DNA of 64,000 nt. Source: the human T2T-CHM13v2.0 reference genome, Homo sapiens. Shown in pieces: positions 40,123 through 55,719 of this stretch. The stretch lies in the NCBI RefSeq assembly GCF_009914755.1, contig NC_060944.1; one strand, written 5' to 3'. A program made the translations under genes and the position numbers. Numbering within the stretch: the first letter of the stretch is position 1; each line of letters starts with the position of its first letter. A model generated the notes under the pieces. It searched no databases and was not told where the DNA came from. It was given only the letters and a program-made list of their open reading frames with translations.

Positions 40123-42571
40123 GGTGCCTATTCAAAGTGTTTCTTTTTGTGTGAGTTTTTGTACCTTGTGTTTTTCAAGGAATTGGTCCATTACTTCCAA
40201 GCCATTAAATTTGTGGCCACAGAGGTATTTATAATATTCTTTCTAATCTTTTACTCTCCATTGCATCAATACTGATCATCCTTCTTTCATTTCTGATATT
40301 GGTAATCTATGACTTGTTTCTTTATTCTTGATAAGTCTGGCTAGATATTTATTAATATAATATTTTCAAAAACCAGTTTTTGGTTTGTTTTTTCTCTATT
40401 TTTTTTCTTTCTTAATGTCATTGGTTTCTGCTCTAAGTTTTATTATCGCTTTTATTTTATTTGTTTCACGCTTAAGTTGCTCTGTTTTCTCTAGTTTTCA
40501 AAAGAGAAGTTTAGGTTGCTGATTTTAAATCATTTTTTTCCAATACCAGCATTTAATACTACACATTTTCCCCTAAGCACTGCTTCTGTTGCATCCCATA
40601 AATATAGATACATTTGATTTTCATTTTGATTTGGTTTATTTTTTTCATATTCTTTAAGTTATCTTATTTGCATGTGTCATTTAGAATTGTGTTGATTAAT
40701 TTCCAAATACTTGGGAATTTTCCAGCTGTCTTTCTGTTAGTAATTTCTTGTTTAATGTCATTGTGGTATGAGAACATACGTGTTTTGACATCTAGCCTTT
40801 TAAATTTGTTAAGATGTTTCTTATGGCCCAGAATGTGGTCAGCCTTGGTGAATATTCCATTTGAGCTTGAGAAAAATCTGTATTCTTCCGTGATTGGTTG
40901 AGGTATTCTATAAATGTCATTTTGTTCAAGTAGAGTGATAGTCCTGATCTAGTCAACTACATCCTTGCTGGTTTTCTTCTTTCCTGATCTCTCAATCACT
41001 GAGAGGGGTGAGGGGTGTGTTCAGCCTCCAGCAAAAATAGTGAATTTGTCAAATTTTTTTTTTAGTTTTATCAGTTTTTGCCTCATATATTCTGACACTC
41101 TGTTGTCGGGTACATACACATTTGGCTTTATTATGTCTTTTTTGGACAATTGACTCATTTATCTATGTAATGCTCTTCTTCAATCCTGATAAATTATCTT
41201 GCTCTGAAGTCTGCTTTGTCTGAAGTTAATGTGACTACTTCAGCTTTCTTTAGTTTACTTTTAGCATAATATATCTTTCTCTATCCTTTCACTTTTTTAA
41301 AAATTAATTTCAACAGTTTTTTAATGAAATTCATATACCATGCACTTTTTCCACTTAAAATATAAAATTGAGTTTTAGTACATTCCTCTTTAGCTATTAC
41401 TCCCATCCCCTCATCATCCCCATTCTTAAGCAACCACTAATCTACTTTCTGCTTTTTATTGTGTCTTTTAACTTTTTGTCAAGAGTCAGACATGCACTGG
41501 TTAATAGGAAGAGTAGTAAATAGGCATTTAGTGAAGTAATTTGTTTAATCTAGCTAGAAGTTGGACCATGGTTTAATGTTTTCTGAAGCTGTGGGTGCCA
41601 GAGATTTCAAAGATCTCTTGTGTCATTGCTTTTGTCTCCTTCTTTTACTTTGGGCTTCCCTAAATACTCTTCCTCAGAGAGGCTGCCTTTTACAGCTGTT
41701 TCAGCTTTAACCCACTGTTCTTATTTGGAATGGTATTGGTGTGATGGTAAGGTGATTGCATGTGTGGTGGGGCAGGGGGTATTCTAAAGTATTATAATTA
41801 AACGTCTGCATCTTAGTTGGCCTGTCTCTGGATGGTAACCTTCAAATGTGCCACTCCAGTGTAGATTTTCCCCCTCTTTCCCTTACTCCTTTCCCTAGTT
41901 AAAAGTATTTCAAATCTGTTTTCTTCAGCCTGTGACCCCTGTCGACTATGTGTTTTTGTTCCCTCTTAGGTGAGATAGGAATATTAGAGGAGGCTGGAAT
42001 AAGAAGAAAGCCCTTTGGAGCCGGATAAGTCTCTCAAAAAGCATTTTCCCCTGGATAGTAAGACTTCGTTATGGAGAATGCTCTAGATGCATTGCACAAT
42101 GATTGTTCTTCCTCTGCCTTGCCAGGGCCTGAAGGGGATCTTTCTTAGATCTTCATCCCAGGAACCTGGTGGGTCTCATGGAAGTAAAAACTCATGAAAA
42201 TATGAGGTTTCCTCAAGACTGGTCTTCAGGAGGTTCTTCTTTTCACAAATTGTACATACTCAGCTTCCAGAAATATTTCAACATTACCAACTGAGTTTCT
42301 TCTAGTTTATAACTAACATGGTTTCTCCTGGTTTCTCCTCCAAGTATGCAAACCTTAGCTGTCATTCTTGATTTACCCGTCTTTCCAAATTTCAGAAGGG
42401 TGGTTTGTCCTGCAACCTCAGTTCTCTAATTGGTCCAAGAAAGGTCCCTGGCTTATTTTTCTCAGCTTTGTTGTTGTTGTTGTAAACATGAGGGTAACAA
42501 CTACCATCTCTTTACCCGTGAAAGCTAAAACTGGAAGTCTATTTACTTATCTATTTTTACATTAATAGACT

Positions 42572-43959
<1,388 letters not shown>

Positions 43960-45560
43960 ATTAATAGACTGTAGTTTTACGGTGGTTTTAAATTTAAAAA
44001 ATTTTTTAAATGAGCATAATCAGAAAGTGCAGAGTTCTCATATATCCTCACCTCTTCCCACCCAGTTTCTCTATTATTAAAACCTTGCATTAATGTGGTA
44101 TAATTGTTATAATTAATAAGCCACTACTGATAAATTATTAGATTCCATAGTTTACATGAAAGTTCAACCGTGTGTGTTTTATCTTCTATGAGTTTTTATG
44201 AATGTATAATAACATTTATCTAGCCTTACAGTGTCATACAGAATAGTTTTACTGCCCTAAAAGTCTCCTGCGGTCCACCTATTCCTCTCTCCCTTTCTCC
44301 CCACAGACAACTGGCAATCGCTAATCTTTTCAGTTTCTCCTAGTTTTGCCTTTTCCATAATGTTATATAGTTGAAATTATACAAGATGTAGCCTTTTCAG
44401 CTTGGCTCGTGTTACTTAGAAATTTGTATTAAAGGTTTCTTTTTGTCTTTTTGTGGCTTGATGGTTCATTTATATCAACAAATAATATTTCATTGTATGC
44501 ATGTACCACAGTTTGTTTATCCATTCACCAATTAAAAGACATCTTGGTTGTTTCAAAGCTTTAGCAATTCTAAATAAAGCTGCTATAAATATTCATGTGC
44601 AAGTTTCTGTGCACACATGAGTTTTCAATTCATTTGAGCAATTATCAAGTAGTGTAATGGCTGGATCATAGGCAACAGTATGTTTAGTTTTGTAAGAAAT
44701 TGCCAAACTGTTTTCCAAAGTGACTGTACCATTGTGCATTTCCACCTACAATTCATGAGAGTTTCTGTTGTTCCACAAGTTGGTCAGCCTTTGGTGTTTG
44801 CCTTGTTTTGGATTTTAGTCATTCTAATAGGTATGTAGAGGTATCTCATTGTTTTAATTTGAAATTCTGTAATGGCATATTGTATTGAGCATTATTTCAT
44901 ATACATTTTTTCCCATCTATATATTTTTAGCAAGTTTCTATTAAGATGTTTCACTCATTTTTAATCAGATAATTGGTTTTCTTATTCTTGAGTTTTAAGA
45001 GCTCTTTGTGTATTTTGGATACCAGTCCTTTATCAAATATGTGTTTTGTAAATATTTTCTCCCAGTCTATGGCATGTTATTTCATTCTCTGAACAGGGTT
45101 TTATATAGAGCAGAAATGTTCCATTTTAATGAAGTCCAATTTGTCAATGTTTTTCTCTCATAGATAAGGCTTTTGTTATTATATCTGAAAAGTGATTGGC
45201 AAAACCATGGTGACCTAGGTTTCTCCAATGTTATCTTCGAGGAGTCTTATAGTTTTGTGTTTTACACTTAGGTCTATGATCCATTTTAAGTTAATTTTGT
45301 GAAAGATATAAGATCTATTTTTTTTTCTTGTGAATGTCCAGTTGTTCCAGCACCAGTTGCTGAAAGGATTATTCTTTCTTCATTGAATTGCCTTTGCTTC
45401 TTTTTCAAATATCAGTTGGCTGTTTGTGTGGGTCTGTTTCTAAGTCCTTTCTTCTGTTTCATTGATCTGTTTATCTATTTTTCACTAATCTGAGACTGTC
45501 TTATTTATTGTAGCTTTTATAGTAAGATTTAAAGTAGGAAAAATCAGTCATCTATTTTTT
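43960..45560 (-). mobile_element. L1MC/MD-like 3' fragment
   Basis: cagaaagtgcagagttctcatata..gaatagttttactgccctaaaa..gaaattgccaaactgttttccaaagtg. Confidence 0.8.
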
Positions 45561-46166
45561 AACTCCAAATTTTTCATTTTGAAAGACATATACCTGTGGA
45601 TATTTATTAATGCACATTGTTATCAAGGTCTGCATTGGTAACAAAGATTGCCCATACCCTCTGTTTCTCAACATACCCCAAACTATGACCAGGATTTAGG
45701 AACTTGGGATTTCTGATATCAAAATGAATACACCAAGCCTTCCACCTTGTTAAATATTAAGAAATCCTGTACATCTTTCTATGCCCCTGGAGCATCTCTG
45801 AGGCACAGAATGCAGCTATGCCTCCAGGCACCTGGAGGACATTCAGATGACATGCCCAGAGTATGGATATATTGGGGGAATCAAGAGTAGGGTAACACTT
45901 GTCTTTTACATGTTAACCCATGCTTAGAGAGAGCAGTGCTGACAGGGGTCCTTTTAGTTGGGAGCTGCTATCAGGACTTGGCCTGCCCATCCTCTGAGGG
46001 CCTTCTGTCCTCACTGACCCCATCTTTCTGTGGTCAGTCTAAAGGTCAGCATCTTCCAATACTTAACTTTCATTATCCCCCTCTTAGGATGCCATAGTGC
46101 CTCCTCTTAGATCAAAAAAGTTTTCTGCCTGAAAACTTTCTGCCTTTGACCCATGGAGACAGATTA

Positions 46167-46167
<1 letters not shown>

Positions 46168-46216
<49 letters not shown>
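46168..46216. repeat. (AC)24 microsatellite
   Basis: Perfect run. Confidence 0.98.
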
Positions 46217-46220
<4 letters not shown>

Positions 46221-47694
46221 CCCTACTTTGTCATGGGTGACGGAAAGAAATAGGTTTTGTGCCTTCAAAATGAGGGATCATCTCTCTCCAGAGCATAGCC
46301 AATAAAAAGAAAAGACATTTAATCTCTGATAGAGCATTCTCCCTGTTGTATACATTTTTATTTGCTAGTAATCCTAACATAATCCACGCTACATATTGAA
46401 GTGCTCATTTCTTTCATTTTCTCTGTCTCCTGAGCATCCACTCCTGGCTATAGGCAGCAGCATTGGTTTTATATTGGCTTTTTAAATCAAAAGCCATCCT
46501 CCATCAAAGCTTAGACAAAAGAAATAGACAGGTGCTGAAATATTTACAGATAGATTATGCCTCTGGCTATACCATGCCTCAAAACAGCACAGTCAGATAA
46601 TGTATTCCATCAAGGCAAGAAACTCAAGACCCTTGCCTCACTGGACAATTAGACAAAGAGGAGTAATGGGTATTCTCTTCACCTTGGAGGAGAGAACAAA
46701 AGGTAGTAGTACCCTCTCACAGCCAGAGGAACATTCCCACTCCCAATACCAATGTCATTCCAGATAAAATGCTCTTTGTAAGAGTCAGTATCGTTAACTG
46801 ACTCAGTCATGAGTAAGTGGAGTTAGATCAAAAATGAGAGGAATTATTTTTGTGATCGTTAAATAGCAGAGAAATCTGTGTCCTCTCTAAAGAAAAGTTT
46901 TACAGTACCTTTTTTATAGTACAGGACATATTTCCATTAAAAAAAAGATGGGCTTGGTTTTCAGATTAGTATTCAGTTCATAACTCTAAGTTACATACTA
47001 TAAGTAAAGAAACTTTTTTCCTTGTCATCACAATGAATAGAAACTTTCTCTCATGCTTATTTTTTTCTTAGAAATTAGGCATGGAGGATGATGCATGTTT
47101 TTTCATAACTGCTTTGTGCCTGTGTGACATCAAAAAGGTATTCATCCCCAATTTGAAACATGAACATTTTACTGCTTTTTTAGTTGTCACAAAAGTATAG
47201 AATGGACAGCAGAATAAGGAGCATATTTTCAGTTCTGCCTTTTTCAAGTACTAGTTAACTAGTTGGTGGCTCATACCCTCCTCTTCATTCTCTTCTCATT
47301 TATCCACAGTTTTGCCATTTCACTTTTTCATCATGTCAGAAGAGAGATACAAAGAGGTAATAAAATTCAGAGTAATCAGTTTTGGTTGCATTTACTATGT
47401 CTTATAAAAGGCTGAATGAAATGGATTTTGACATTACTGACTAAAAAATTGAGAGAAGAATATTTGTATTTCCTTTGGGTCCATGTTCTCCTGCTTTTGC
47501 CAATTCTTCATAGGATGAAGAGGATGTGGCTTGCACATATGCACACTCAATAAATAATATTTGAATGAATGATGTATAATGGTGGGACTTCATACACTTC
47601 TCACATCTCACCTGACTCTCTTTTCTCTCTTTCCATCCTTCTCTTTCTGTCTCTCACATGCACATACACACGCACATGCACATGAACACATACA

Positions 47695-47885
47695 CAATGA
47701 CTTTCAAATTTTAGTGCACATTAGAATTACGTAGAAGAGTTATTCAAAAGCACATTCATTACTGGGCCCAAGACCTGATTTTCTAATTCAGTTTGTCTGA
47801 GATTGGCCCAAGGATTTGCATTTCTAACATGTGCCTAGGTGATGCTCATGCTACTTGTCCAGGGACCACACTTAGAAAATCACTG
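47695..47885. mobile_element. MER5A
   Basis: ggcccaaggatttgcatttctaaca..ggtgatgctcatgctacttgtccagggaccacacttagaaaatcactg. Confidence 0.85.
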
Positions 47886-47942
47886 CTCTAATACATGTGT
47901 CTTCTCCTTCCTATGGCCTTTCCCTCTACACACAAATACTCT

Positions 47943-48487
47943 CTGCAGCAAACAAGTATAATTCCCTTTGTCACATCCTCTCAGTTCCTCTCGGATTTTA
48001 ACCACAGCTGTGCTGGGCAGGTCCATTCAAGTCTCAAGCTGCCAGAGGCCACCTTCATCTGGGAATTTCTCTGCTCTTCTGTCTTGGAGCCACCTTCAAA
48101 GAGGCAGAAGCCACTCAACACACAGCCCAGAAGTATAGAGGAGGTAAAGTCCATGAGGGATGGGAATGTGCCCCAGCCTCTTGTTTGTCATGAAGACAAT
48201 TCTGAGATGTTTACTGTAAGTGAATGTGGCCCATGGAATCAAGACCCCATTTCCTACAGTGATGCCCTTGATACAGCACATTCCTATTGGCTGTTCCACC
48301 TTCCCTGTCTCATCTCCTTTCCTCACTCCTGTCCCCTACGTCACATTCTGATAAGCTACCTTTACCAGTGCCTTCCCTGTCTCATCTCCTTTCCTCACTC
48401 CTGTCCCCTACGTCACATTCTGATAAGCTACCTTTACCAGTGCCTTTTTCCTACATGTTGCTTTCAAGAGAATCTGAACACAAACAC
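47943..48487 (+). mobile_element. LTR16-family solo LTR with an internal duplication
   Basis: ccacagctgtg..gggatgggaatgtgccccagcc..gacaattctgagatgt..gctttcaagagaatctgaacacaaaca. Confidence 0.6.
48299..48446. repeat. Perfect tandem duplication, 2 x 72 bp
   Basis: 48299-48370 is identical to 48371-48442, plus 4 bp (cctt). Confidence 0.97.
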
Positions 48488-48489
48488 CT

Positions 48490-48925
48490 GCCCTGAATCC
48501 CAGAGGCTATAAGCTACTGTCCTACTTCCCTCACTCCCTTCATCAACAGCTATCTTGATGACTATGCACTCAATTTCTTCATTTCCTCACCTTTTAGTTG
48601 CTTCTCAAACTTGAAAGAAAAGATGATCTCTATCTGGTGCATTTTCCCAAAGCCCATGCCAGGAAATGAATTTTTTCTATTTCAGATTCCATGTGCTTTT
48701 TCCAGACTCCTTTCTCCTTCATTCTGCAAGATTTTATGGATGTTCACTCTCCCTTGCTTTTGAAACTCAGAAAAAGTGCCATCTCTCTTTTGAATTTGGA
48801 CAATCTGCTTTTCTGCCAATATAGTGTTCTTTCAGATCTCTCTCACACTTTATTGTGCTTGCTTGGTCATATGTCCTGTCTCCTTCTAATGAGCTCCTTG
48901 TTCAGACGCTCCCAGGTTTTCTAGA
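48490..48925 (+). mobile_element. L2 fragment
   Basis: tatgcactcaatttcttcatttcctcacc..tgttcactctcccttgcttttgaaactc. Confidence 0.5.
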
Positions 48926-48929
48926 TTCA

Positions 48930-49442
48930 TGACATCCTTGGTATCTTGGTAATTTGTTTCACAATGCCCTTAGGCCAAAGGAAACAATAATGGTTCCATT
49001 CATTAAAGAGTTATATCTGAGCAACTTAATAAGTATGTACGTCTTAACAAATTAGTAGCAATTTGAAAACATGACATACCTAAATACTGGCTCAGTTCTA
49101 AACAAGCACAGTTACTAATAGGTTGTGTGTACCTGTTGACCACTGCAAAACTTTTCAAAATTCAGGATCAGATCAAACATCCTCACACTCACTCCATTTT
49201 CCACATTGATTTCTATGTTTGCTTATTTGAAATCTTGTGTTTTCAAAGTTATGGCATCATTAACAAGAACATAGCATGAGTTAATGTTGAAACTGTGAGC
49301 TACTTTGATTTAATAATTTGTGCGGTCCTATACATGTTAAGTAGGCCTGTGTTTCCCCTCAAATTTAAAATATTCTACTGTACCTTTGTGAATTCACAAT
49401 AGTACTGTGGGTTGCCTCAGTGCAGGATTTGGAAACCTTTGT
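48930..49442. mobile_element. hAT-Charlie-type DNA transposon remnant
   Basis: End gcctcagtgcaggatttggaaacc resembles a Charlie TIR; AT-rich interior. Confidence 0.45.
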
Positions 49443-49462
49443 CTTGAGAACACAATACGCTC

Positions 49463-49943
49463 TGTTATGGGTTGAATTACTTTCCCCAGAGGAGATATAT
49501 AAAGTCCTAACCCCAGTACCGCAGCATATGACTTTATTTCTGTCTTTGCAAATTTAACCAAGTTAAAAATGAGGTTATCAGGGTGGGCTTTGAGCCAATA
49601 TAACTGCTGTCCTTATAAAAAGGGGATATTTGGACACAGAGGCAGATGGACACAGAGGGAAAACTATGTGAAGATGCGTAGGGCAAATGCCATGTGAAGA
49701 CAAAAGATTGAAGCAATGCATCAACAAGCCAAGAAATGCCAAAGACTGCTGGCAAGCCACCAGAAGCTAGGAAAATGCAGGGAAGGACTTCTTTTCCAGT
49801 TTCAGAGGGAGCATGGCTCTCTCAACACCTTGGTTGTACTGTGGACTTTTGGCCTGCAGAATTATGATATAATAGTTTCTGTTGTTCTGAGTTATCCCTT
49901 GTGTCATACTTTGTTATGGCAGTCCTAGGAAACTAATAATACA
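49463..49943 (+). mobile_element. MLT1C solo LTR
   Basis: tgttatgggttgaatt..caagccaagaaatgccaaagactgctggc..ccaccagaagctagg..tgttatggcagtcctaggaaactaa. Confidence 0.9.
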
Positions 49944-50009
49944 GCACTCACAAATAAAACCCTCTCTTCTCCATACAAGTGTAATATGAACTGCTAGGGG
50001 CAGAGACTA

Positions 50010-50465
50010 TAATATTCACCTCTCCTGTTTCTTTAGTTATAGAACTCATATTTTTAGACACATCAATGATTAGCTAGATGTCATTTTTGCCTTCTTTTGC
50101 ATACAAGGTGACCAATGAAATTCAAGCAGAAGTCATTAAATAGGACTTTTTTTTGAAAGGTCTTAAAATAGGCTGATTCATCTGAGAGGCAGATCCTTTC
50201 AGCTCTTCATCCTCATTTCTACCTAAACTGTGAATCTGATGGCTGGAACTTCCACAGTCCACTTGTAATTATTAGAAGACCTTAAGGAAGGAAGCCATGT
50301 GCTAAGGATAGAAGATGGCTGCATCCCTAGGCTATCATCTAAGTTCTAAACAGCTGACCTTCAGACTTTTTGTTTAGGAAAGAAAAATAAGCCTTTATTT
50401 ATCTTATTTAGGCCATTGTTAGTTGGTTTTGTTGTATGCCTAAATTAGTCACTAGCCCTAACCTG
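50010..50465 (+). mobile_element. MLT1J-like LTR
   Basis: gaccaatgaaattcaagcagaagtc..tgatggctggaactt..gccatgtgctaaggat..cttcagactttt. Confidence 0.65.
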
Positions 50466-50489
50466 TATTTTAAAGTTCAATTCCATATT

Positions 50490-50910
50490 TATAACTGCAT
50501 TATGGACTTTTCTACCTAGGTATAATGTTTATTGCTGGAAATTTAATAACACTGAAGCCAATGCTCAACCACTGTCCAAACTAGGTCAACATCTGGACTA
50601 TATTATTTCTATCAATGGAATCATCATCCTTTTGGCATTAAAACTTAAACTTTAGAGCCATATTTTGCTTCCCTATTTGCCTAGAATCCCTCCCAACTCA
50701 TTGATTTACTATTGAATGAACAAGTAATTATTAACCAGCTACTAAGTCCCCAGTTCTGCTGGTGTACGTGCTGGAAACAGAGCAGTGAGTAGCACTGACA
50801 CAGTCTTACTCTCAAGAATCTTACATTTTAGTTGGGATGATGGGTAATAAACTTTTAAGCAAACACTTGTGTAAAATAATGGCAAGTTTGGATCAATGTT
50901 ATATAATAAA
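50490..50910. mobile_element. L2 fragments (both orientations)
   Basis: tggacttttctacctagg..tcaatggaatcatcatc (+); aacagagcagtgag..agtcttactctcaagaatcttacattttagttggg (-). Confidence 0.55.
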
Positions 50911-50919
50911 ATAAGAAAT

Positions 50920-51567
<648 letters not shown>

Positions 51568-51569
51568 TT

Positions 51570-52032
51570 AAAAAGTGAAAACAACCCAAATGTCCATCAA
51601 TTGGACAAACAAAATGATGAATGGACAAACAAAATGGTTTTAGCCTTACAACAGAATATTATGTCTTTAAAGGGAATAAAATACTGGCTCATGCTACAAC
51701 ATAGATGAACCTTGAGACCATTTTGCTAGGTGAAAGGAGCTAGCATAAAAGGTCACATATTATTTAGCCACGTTTATATAAAATGTCCAGAATAGGCAAA
51801 TTCATGAAGACTGAAAATAGATCAGTCTTTGCCATGGGCTGAGGGGAGGAGAGACTAGATTGACCACTAAAGAATATAGGGAGGTGGGGGTTTCTTTTTG
51901 GAGTGATGAAAATATTCTGGGACAAGGTTGTGGTAATGTTTGCACAACTTTGTGACTATATTGAACATCACTGAATCGTCTACTACATAAGGGTTTAACT
52001 GTATGGTGCGTGAATTATATCTCCATTGAAAA
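51570..52032 (+). mobile_element. L1MB7/8-like 3' end
   Basis: aacaacccaaatgtccatcaa..aaatgtccagaataggcaaat..ggagtgatgaaaatattct..gtgaattatatctc. Confidence 0.85.
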
Positions 52033-52344
52033 ATGTCGAATCTCCTAACTCCTTGCTCTGGCTCAGTGGTTCATTGAACTTTATCTCTAAAGGGGAGGCT
52101 TGAATTTTCAACTACGCCTCCACTAAGACTCACAACCTAAGGTGGTTCCATTGATGTTGAGTGAGAGTGAAGAAAAACAGATAAGTTAGTCATAGTCTTC
52201 TTGGCAGAAAATGGTTTGCAAGGACTAAAGAGGGTTTTGCTTTGTCCAAATTTAGCAAAATCTGCCGAAGCATGAGCTGACCTTTTCTGTTAAGCTCCAC
52301 CTTTTAACCAGCAAAGGGTAAAATGAAAGATTAAGGAGGGAGGG

Positions 52345-52600
52345 AGGATTGGCAGAGCAAAAGAGTGAAGAATCCAGATTCTGAAACCAGGATTTCTAGG
52401 TTTTAATCTCAGCAGAGCCATTTCTATCAGTGGAAGCTTCAGGCAATCACTAACCACTGTGTGCCACAGTTACTTCATTTCTAAACGTGGAAGTTAGTTC
52501 TACATATTAGAATTGTTATGCTGATTTAGTGAGTCAATATTTGTAAAGCATTTACAACTGTGTCACACACATAGTAAGCATGATATAAATGTTTGTTAAT
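52345..52600 (+). mobile_element. MIR
   Basis: taaccactgtgtgccacagttacttcatttctaaa..gtaaagcatttacaactgtgtc..catagtaagca. Confidence 0.8.
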
Positions 52601-52881
52601 ATAACATGTTATATTAACAATAAAAAATGAGGTGATGGTGAGCACAGTTATAACGTAGAAAATATAACTACACATATATGTAGTATATAATGTAGTACTT
52701 ATTAAAATAAAGAATAACACAACTTGCTATTTATTAACCCTTATAGATTTAGCTTAACTTGGCTCAAGCCCCTAGTTTTGCATCTGAGTCTGATGCCTCC
52801 ATTTATCTCAGAATTTCTGGACCTACATTTCCAAGGATTTACCTGCCTCCTCCCCTCCATCTTTAAACGCTACCTGCATTT

Positions 52882-53259
52882 ATTTATTTATTTCCTTTCT
52901 TTCTTTCTTTCTCTTTTCTTTTCTTCTCTTTTTCTTTCTTTCTTTCTTGTTTTGTTTTGTTTTTTTGAGACAGAGTCTTGGTCTGTTGCCCGGGCTGGAG
53001 TGCAGTGGTGCAATCTCAGCTCCCTGCAACCTCTGCCTCCCAGTTTCAAGCAATTTTCCTGCCTCAGCCTCCTGAGTAGGTGGAATTACAAATGCACACC
53101 ACCACATCTCGCTAATTTTTTTTTTTTTTTTGTATTTTTAGTAGAGATGAGGTTTCACCATGTTGGCCAGGCTGGTCTCAAACTCCTGACCTCAGGTAAT
53201 CCACCCACCTCATCCTCCCAAAGTGCTGGGTTTACAAGTGTGAGCCACAGTGCCCAGCC
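52882..53259 (-). mobile_element. AluSx with microsatellite-expanded tail
   Basis: Antisense Alu; TSD cctgcattt at 52873-52881 and 53260-53268. Confidence 0.95.
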
Positions 53260-53323
53260 CCTGCATTTCATCTCTTGCCTACATACCACACTACAGAAAC
53301 CTTGCATAAACTCTCTTCCCCTG

Positions 53324-53738
53324 TGCTATGGACTGAGTTGAGTCTCCCAAAATTTACACGTTGAAGCTCTAACCCCCAAGGTGGTCACATTGGGATGGGA
53401 GGTAATTAGGTTTAGATGTAATGGGAGTGGGGTCCTCGTGCTGGGATTAGTGTCCTTATAAGAAGTGACACCAGGGAGCTTGTCACTTGTCTCTCTCTCT
53501 CTCCCTCCCTCCCCATTTGCCTGCCCCTGCTACCCCATGTCCATGCATGTACAAAGAAGAGCTCATGTGAACACATAGGGAGATGGAGGCTACGTATAAG
53601 CCAAGAGAAGAGGTCTCAGAATGAAACCTACCTTGCCGGTACCTTGGACTTCCCTGCCTCCAGAACAGTCAGAAAGATATTTGTAGTTCAAGCCACCCAG
53701 TCTATGATATTTTGTTTGGCAGTCCAAGCTGACTACCA
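53324..53738 (+). mobile_element. MLT1A-type solo LTR
   Basis: tgctatggactgag..cccaaaatttacacgttgaagctctaacccccaa..gcctccagaac..aagccacccagtctatgatattttgtt. Confidence 0.88.
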
Positions 53739-54654
53739 CTCTCCGCTTCAGTGGCAAACACCACTGTATGGAAAATAGCTCTTATTCTTGAAAGTTGGAT
53801 AAGCAAAGAATGTTACATTTCTTTATTTTATCTCTTATTTTCTCTATAACTCAAGTTGAATCTAATTCTATGTACATTATCTGTTAAGCTGGCAAAAAAA
53901 TTTCCAGAGCCTTCTTGCTGTCTCTCCACTCAGCGTCATGTCCTATTTTCAGATGCATGGCAGACACTCGTGGAGGGTCTTCTGGTGCCCAGCCCATTAA
54001 TGGTGTCTACCCTGGGCTTTGTGAGCTCAAAGTCTGGCCTCTCTGCTACTCTGATGGCAGTCTCATGCCATGGAATTCCTGGGAGTGATTGAAATCTCAG
54101 AGTTTGGGGTCAGCCTTCTGACAGTCACTACACAGTCCTGATATCTGAGTTTGGTGACTTCCCCAGGGTGCAGGGTACAACTCTAATCCCTGGTGTCCTG
54201 CATGGTGGGGATCTGACCAGAAGAGACCAAGTCACGTCAGCATCCCACTGGTTATCCAAGCCTAGACCAGGGCTCTCTATTGAAACCTTGCTGGCCAATC
54301 CATCTTATTCCCTGAAAGCTGTCAGCACCACAGCCCTTTTTCTTTCTCTCATTTGTACTTCATAGAGAGTGAGAATTCTAGAATCTTCTTAGATGACATC
54401 CAAATTGTCCAGCATTCTTCTTGGAACTAATAATTCCAGTCCAGCCTGATTATCCAAAATATACACTCTGAGCATGTGTTATACTTGCTACACAGTTTCA
54501 CATCTTAATGCATATGGACTTTCACCTCCCTGCTCATCTGTGATCAGCAAATAGATATAAAACCCACACAATTCTTCCAGTTGCCACACACCTGGGCAAG
54601 TATTGTTAGGCATCTCCCTAAAGAAACAGGCATCTGGGACTTGGAGACCACAGA

Positions 54655-54885
54655 GCGGTATGGTCCAGTAGAATTGTCTGTGATGACGGACATTACCTAC
54701 GTTTGTTCTGTCAAACGCAGTAGCCACTAGCCACAGGTAGATATGGAACACATGAAGTGTGGCTGGGGAAGGTGTCCCAACTGAAACATTTGAAATGTAA
54801 GACTTCTTTTCATTTTCACTTTAGTGCATTTATACTTGCATTTAAATAGCCCCTTGTGGCTAGGGGCTACTATATTGCCCAGTGG
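54655..54885. mobile_element. MER3 (hAT-Charlie)
   Basis: gtccagtagaattgtctgtgatga..gtagccactagccaca..tttaaatagccccttgtggctaggggctactatattg. Confidence 0.8.
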
Positions 54886-55719
54886 AGGCAGCAGGAAGCA
54901 TTCCCAAAGTGAGAGCACACAGCTTTTCCACCACCTTCAGACCAGAGGCCTGCCCCTCTTGCAGCATTTCAGTGGCATATTCTAACCCAGTATTTCCAAA
55001 TATGAGTAACACATAGATATCTTTTAAAGAAAAATAGAATTTCTGTACCATAGTATTGCCTCTGAATTTCATATGACTTTAGTGCTTCCTGTAAAAGTGA
55101 TGGCTCAATTCTCTCACCAGTTTTCTCTTATTAAACAGCCACAAAATCTTTATTGGTAGCATGTAAAGATATCTTAGAGCTATTACTTGTCTCCATAAAT
55201 GCAAATGCTGACACTGCAATTGCAGGACAAGACTTACTTATACGGGCTTATCTGGGGGACCCAAAGTAGCCTTTAAAATGTTACTCTTTTATTCACTTAT
55301 CAAATGAAAACCACAAATGCAAAATTTCCGCTAAAGAATTCATAAATCCCAGTTTGATTGAAACTGTTCTAACATCAATTTTAAAATATCCCATTTCCTG
55401 ACACTGCATTCCTGGCAAATAAATATCTCCAGTTTCTGAAAATGAGTAGCCTTCACCAGGGCCCAGCGGTTACTGACAACCAGCAGTTTCTGACAAGCAG
55501 TTACTGTGGGACTGACACAGTCAAGTGCCTAGGGTACAGGGAATCCTCTCCCAACAAATGAGGACCCACTATGGAGCTCCTTTCCCTTCTAGAATGCTCT
55601 CCAGTTTCTACAACAACAAAATACCTTAGTTAAACATTACCAACTTCCAGTTTGGAATTTCATGAGTCACTCTGGTAATTTTACATCATTCACCTGGCTC
55701 TCTCATGCACCTGGATCCC

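Noticed and set aside
47895-48512. 205-aa ORF as a real CDS
   Set aside because: Lies in LTR-like sequence, has no recognisable domain, and its length is inflated by the 72-bp duplication. Kept only as a note in the findings.
52724-53341. 205-aa ORF
   Set aside because: Non-ATG start; read-through of a T-rich Alu tail and antisense Alu, giving the typical spurious Alu peptide.
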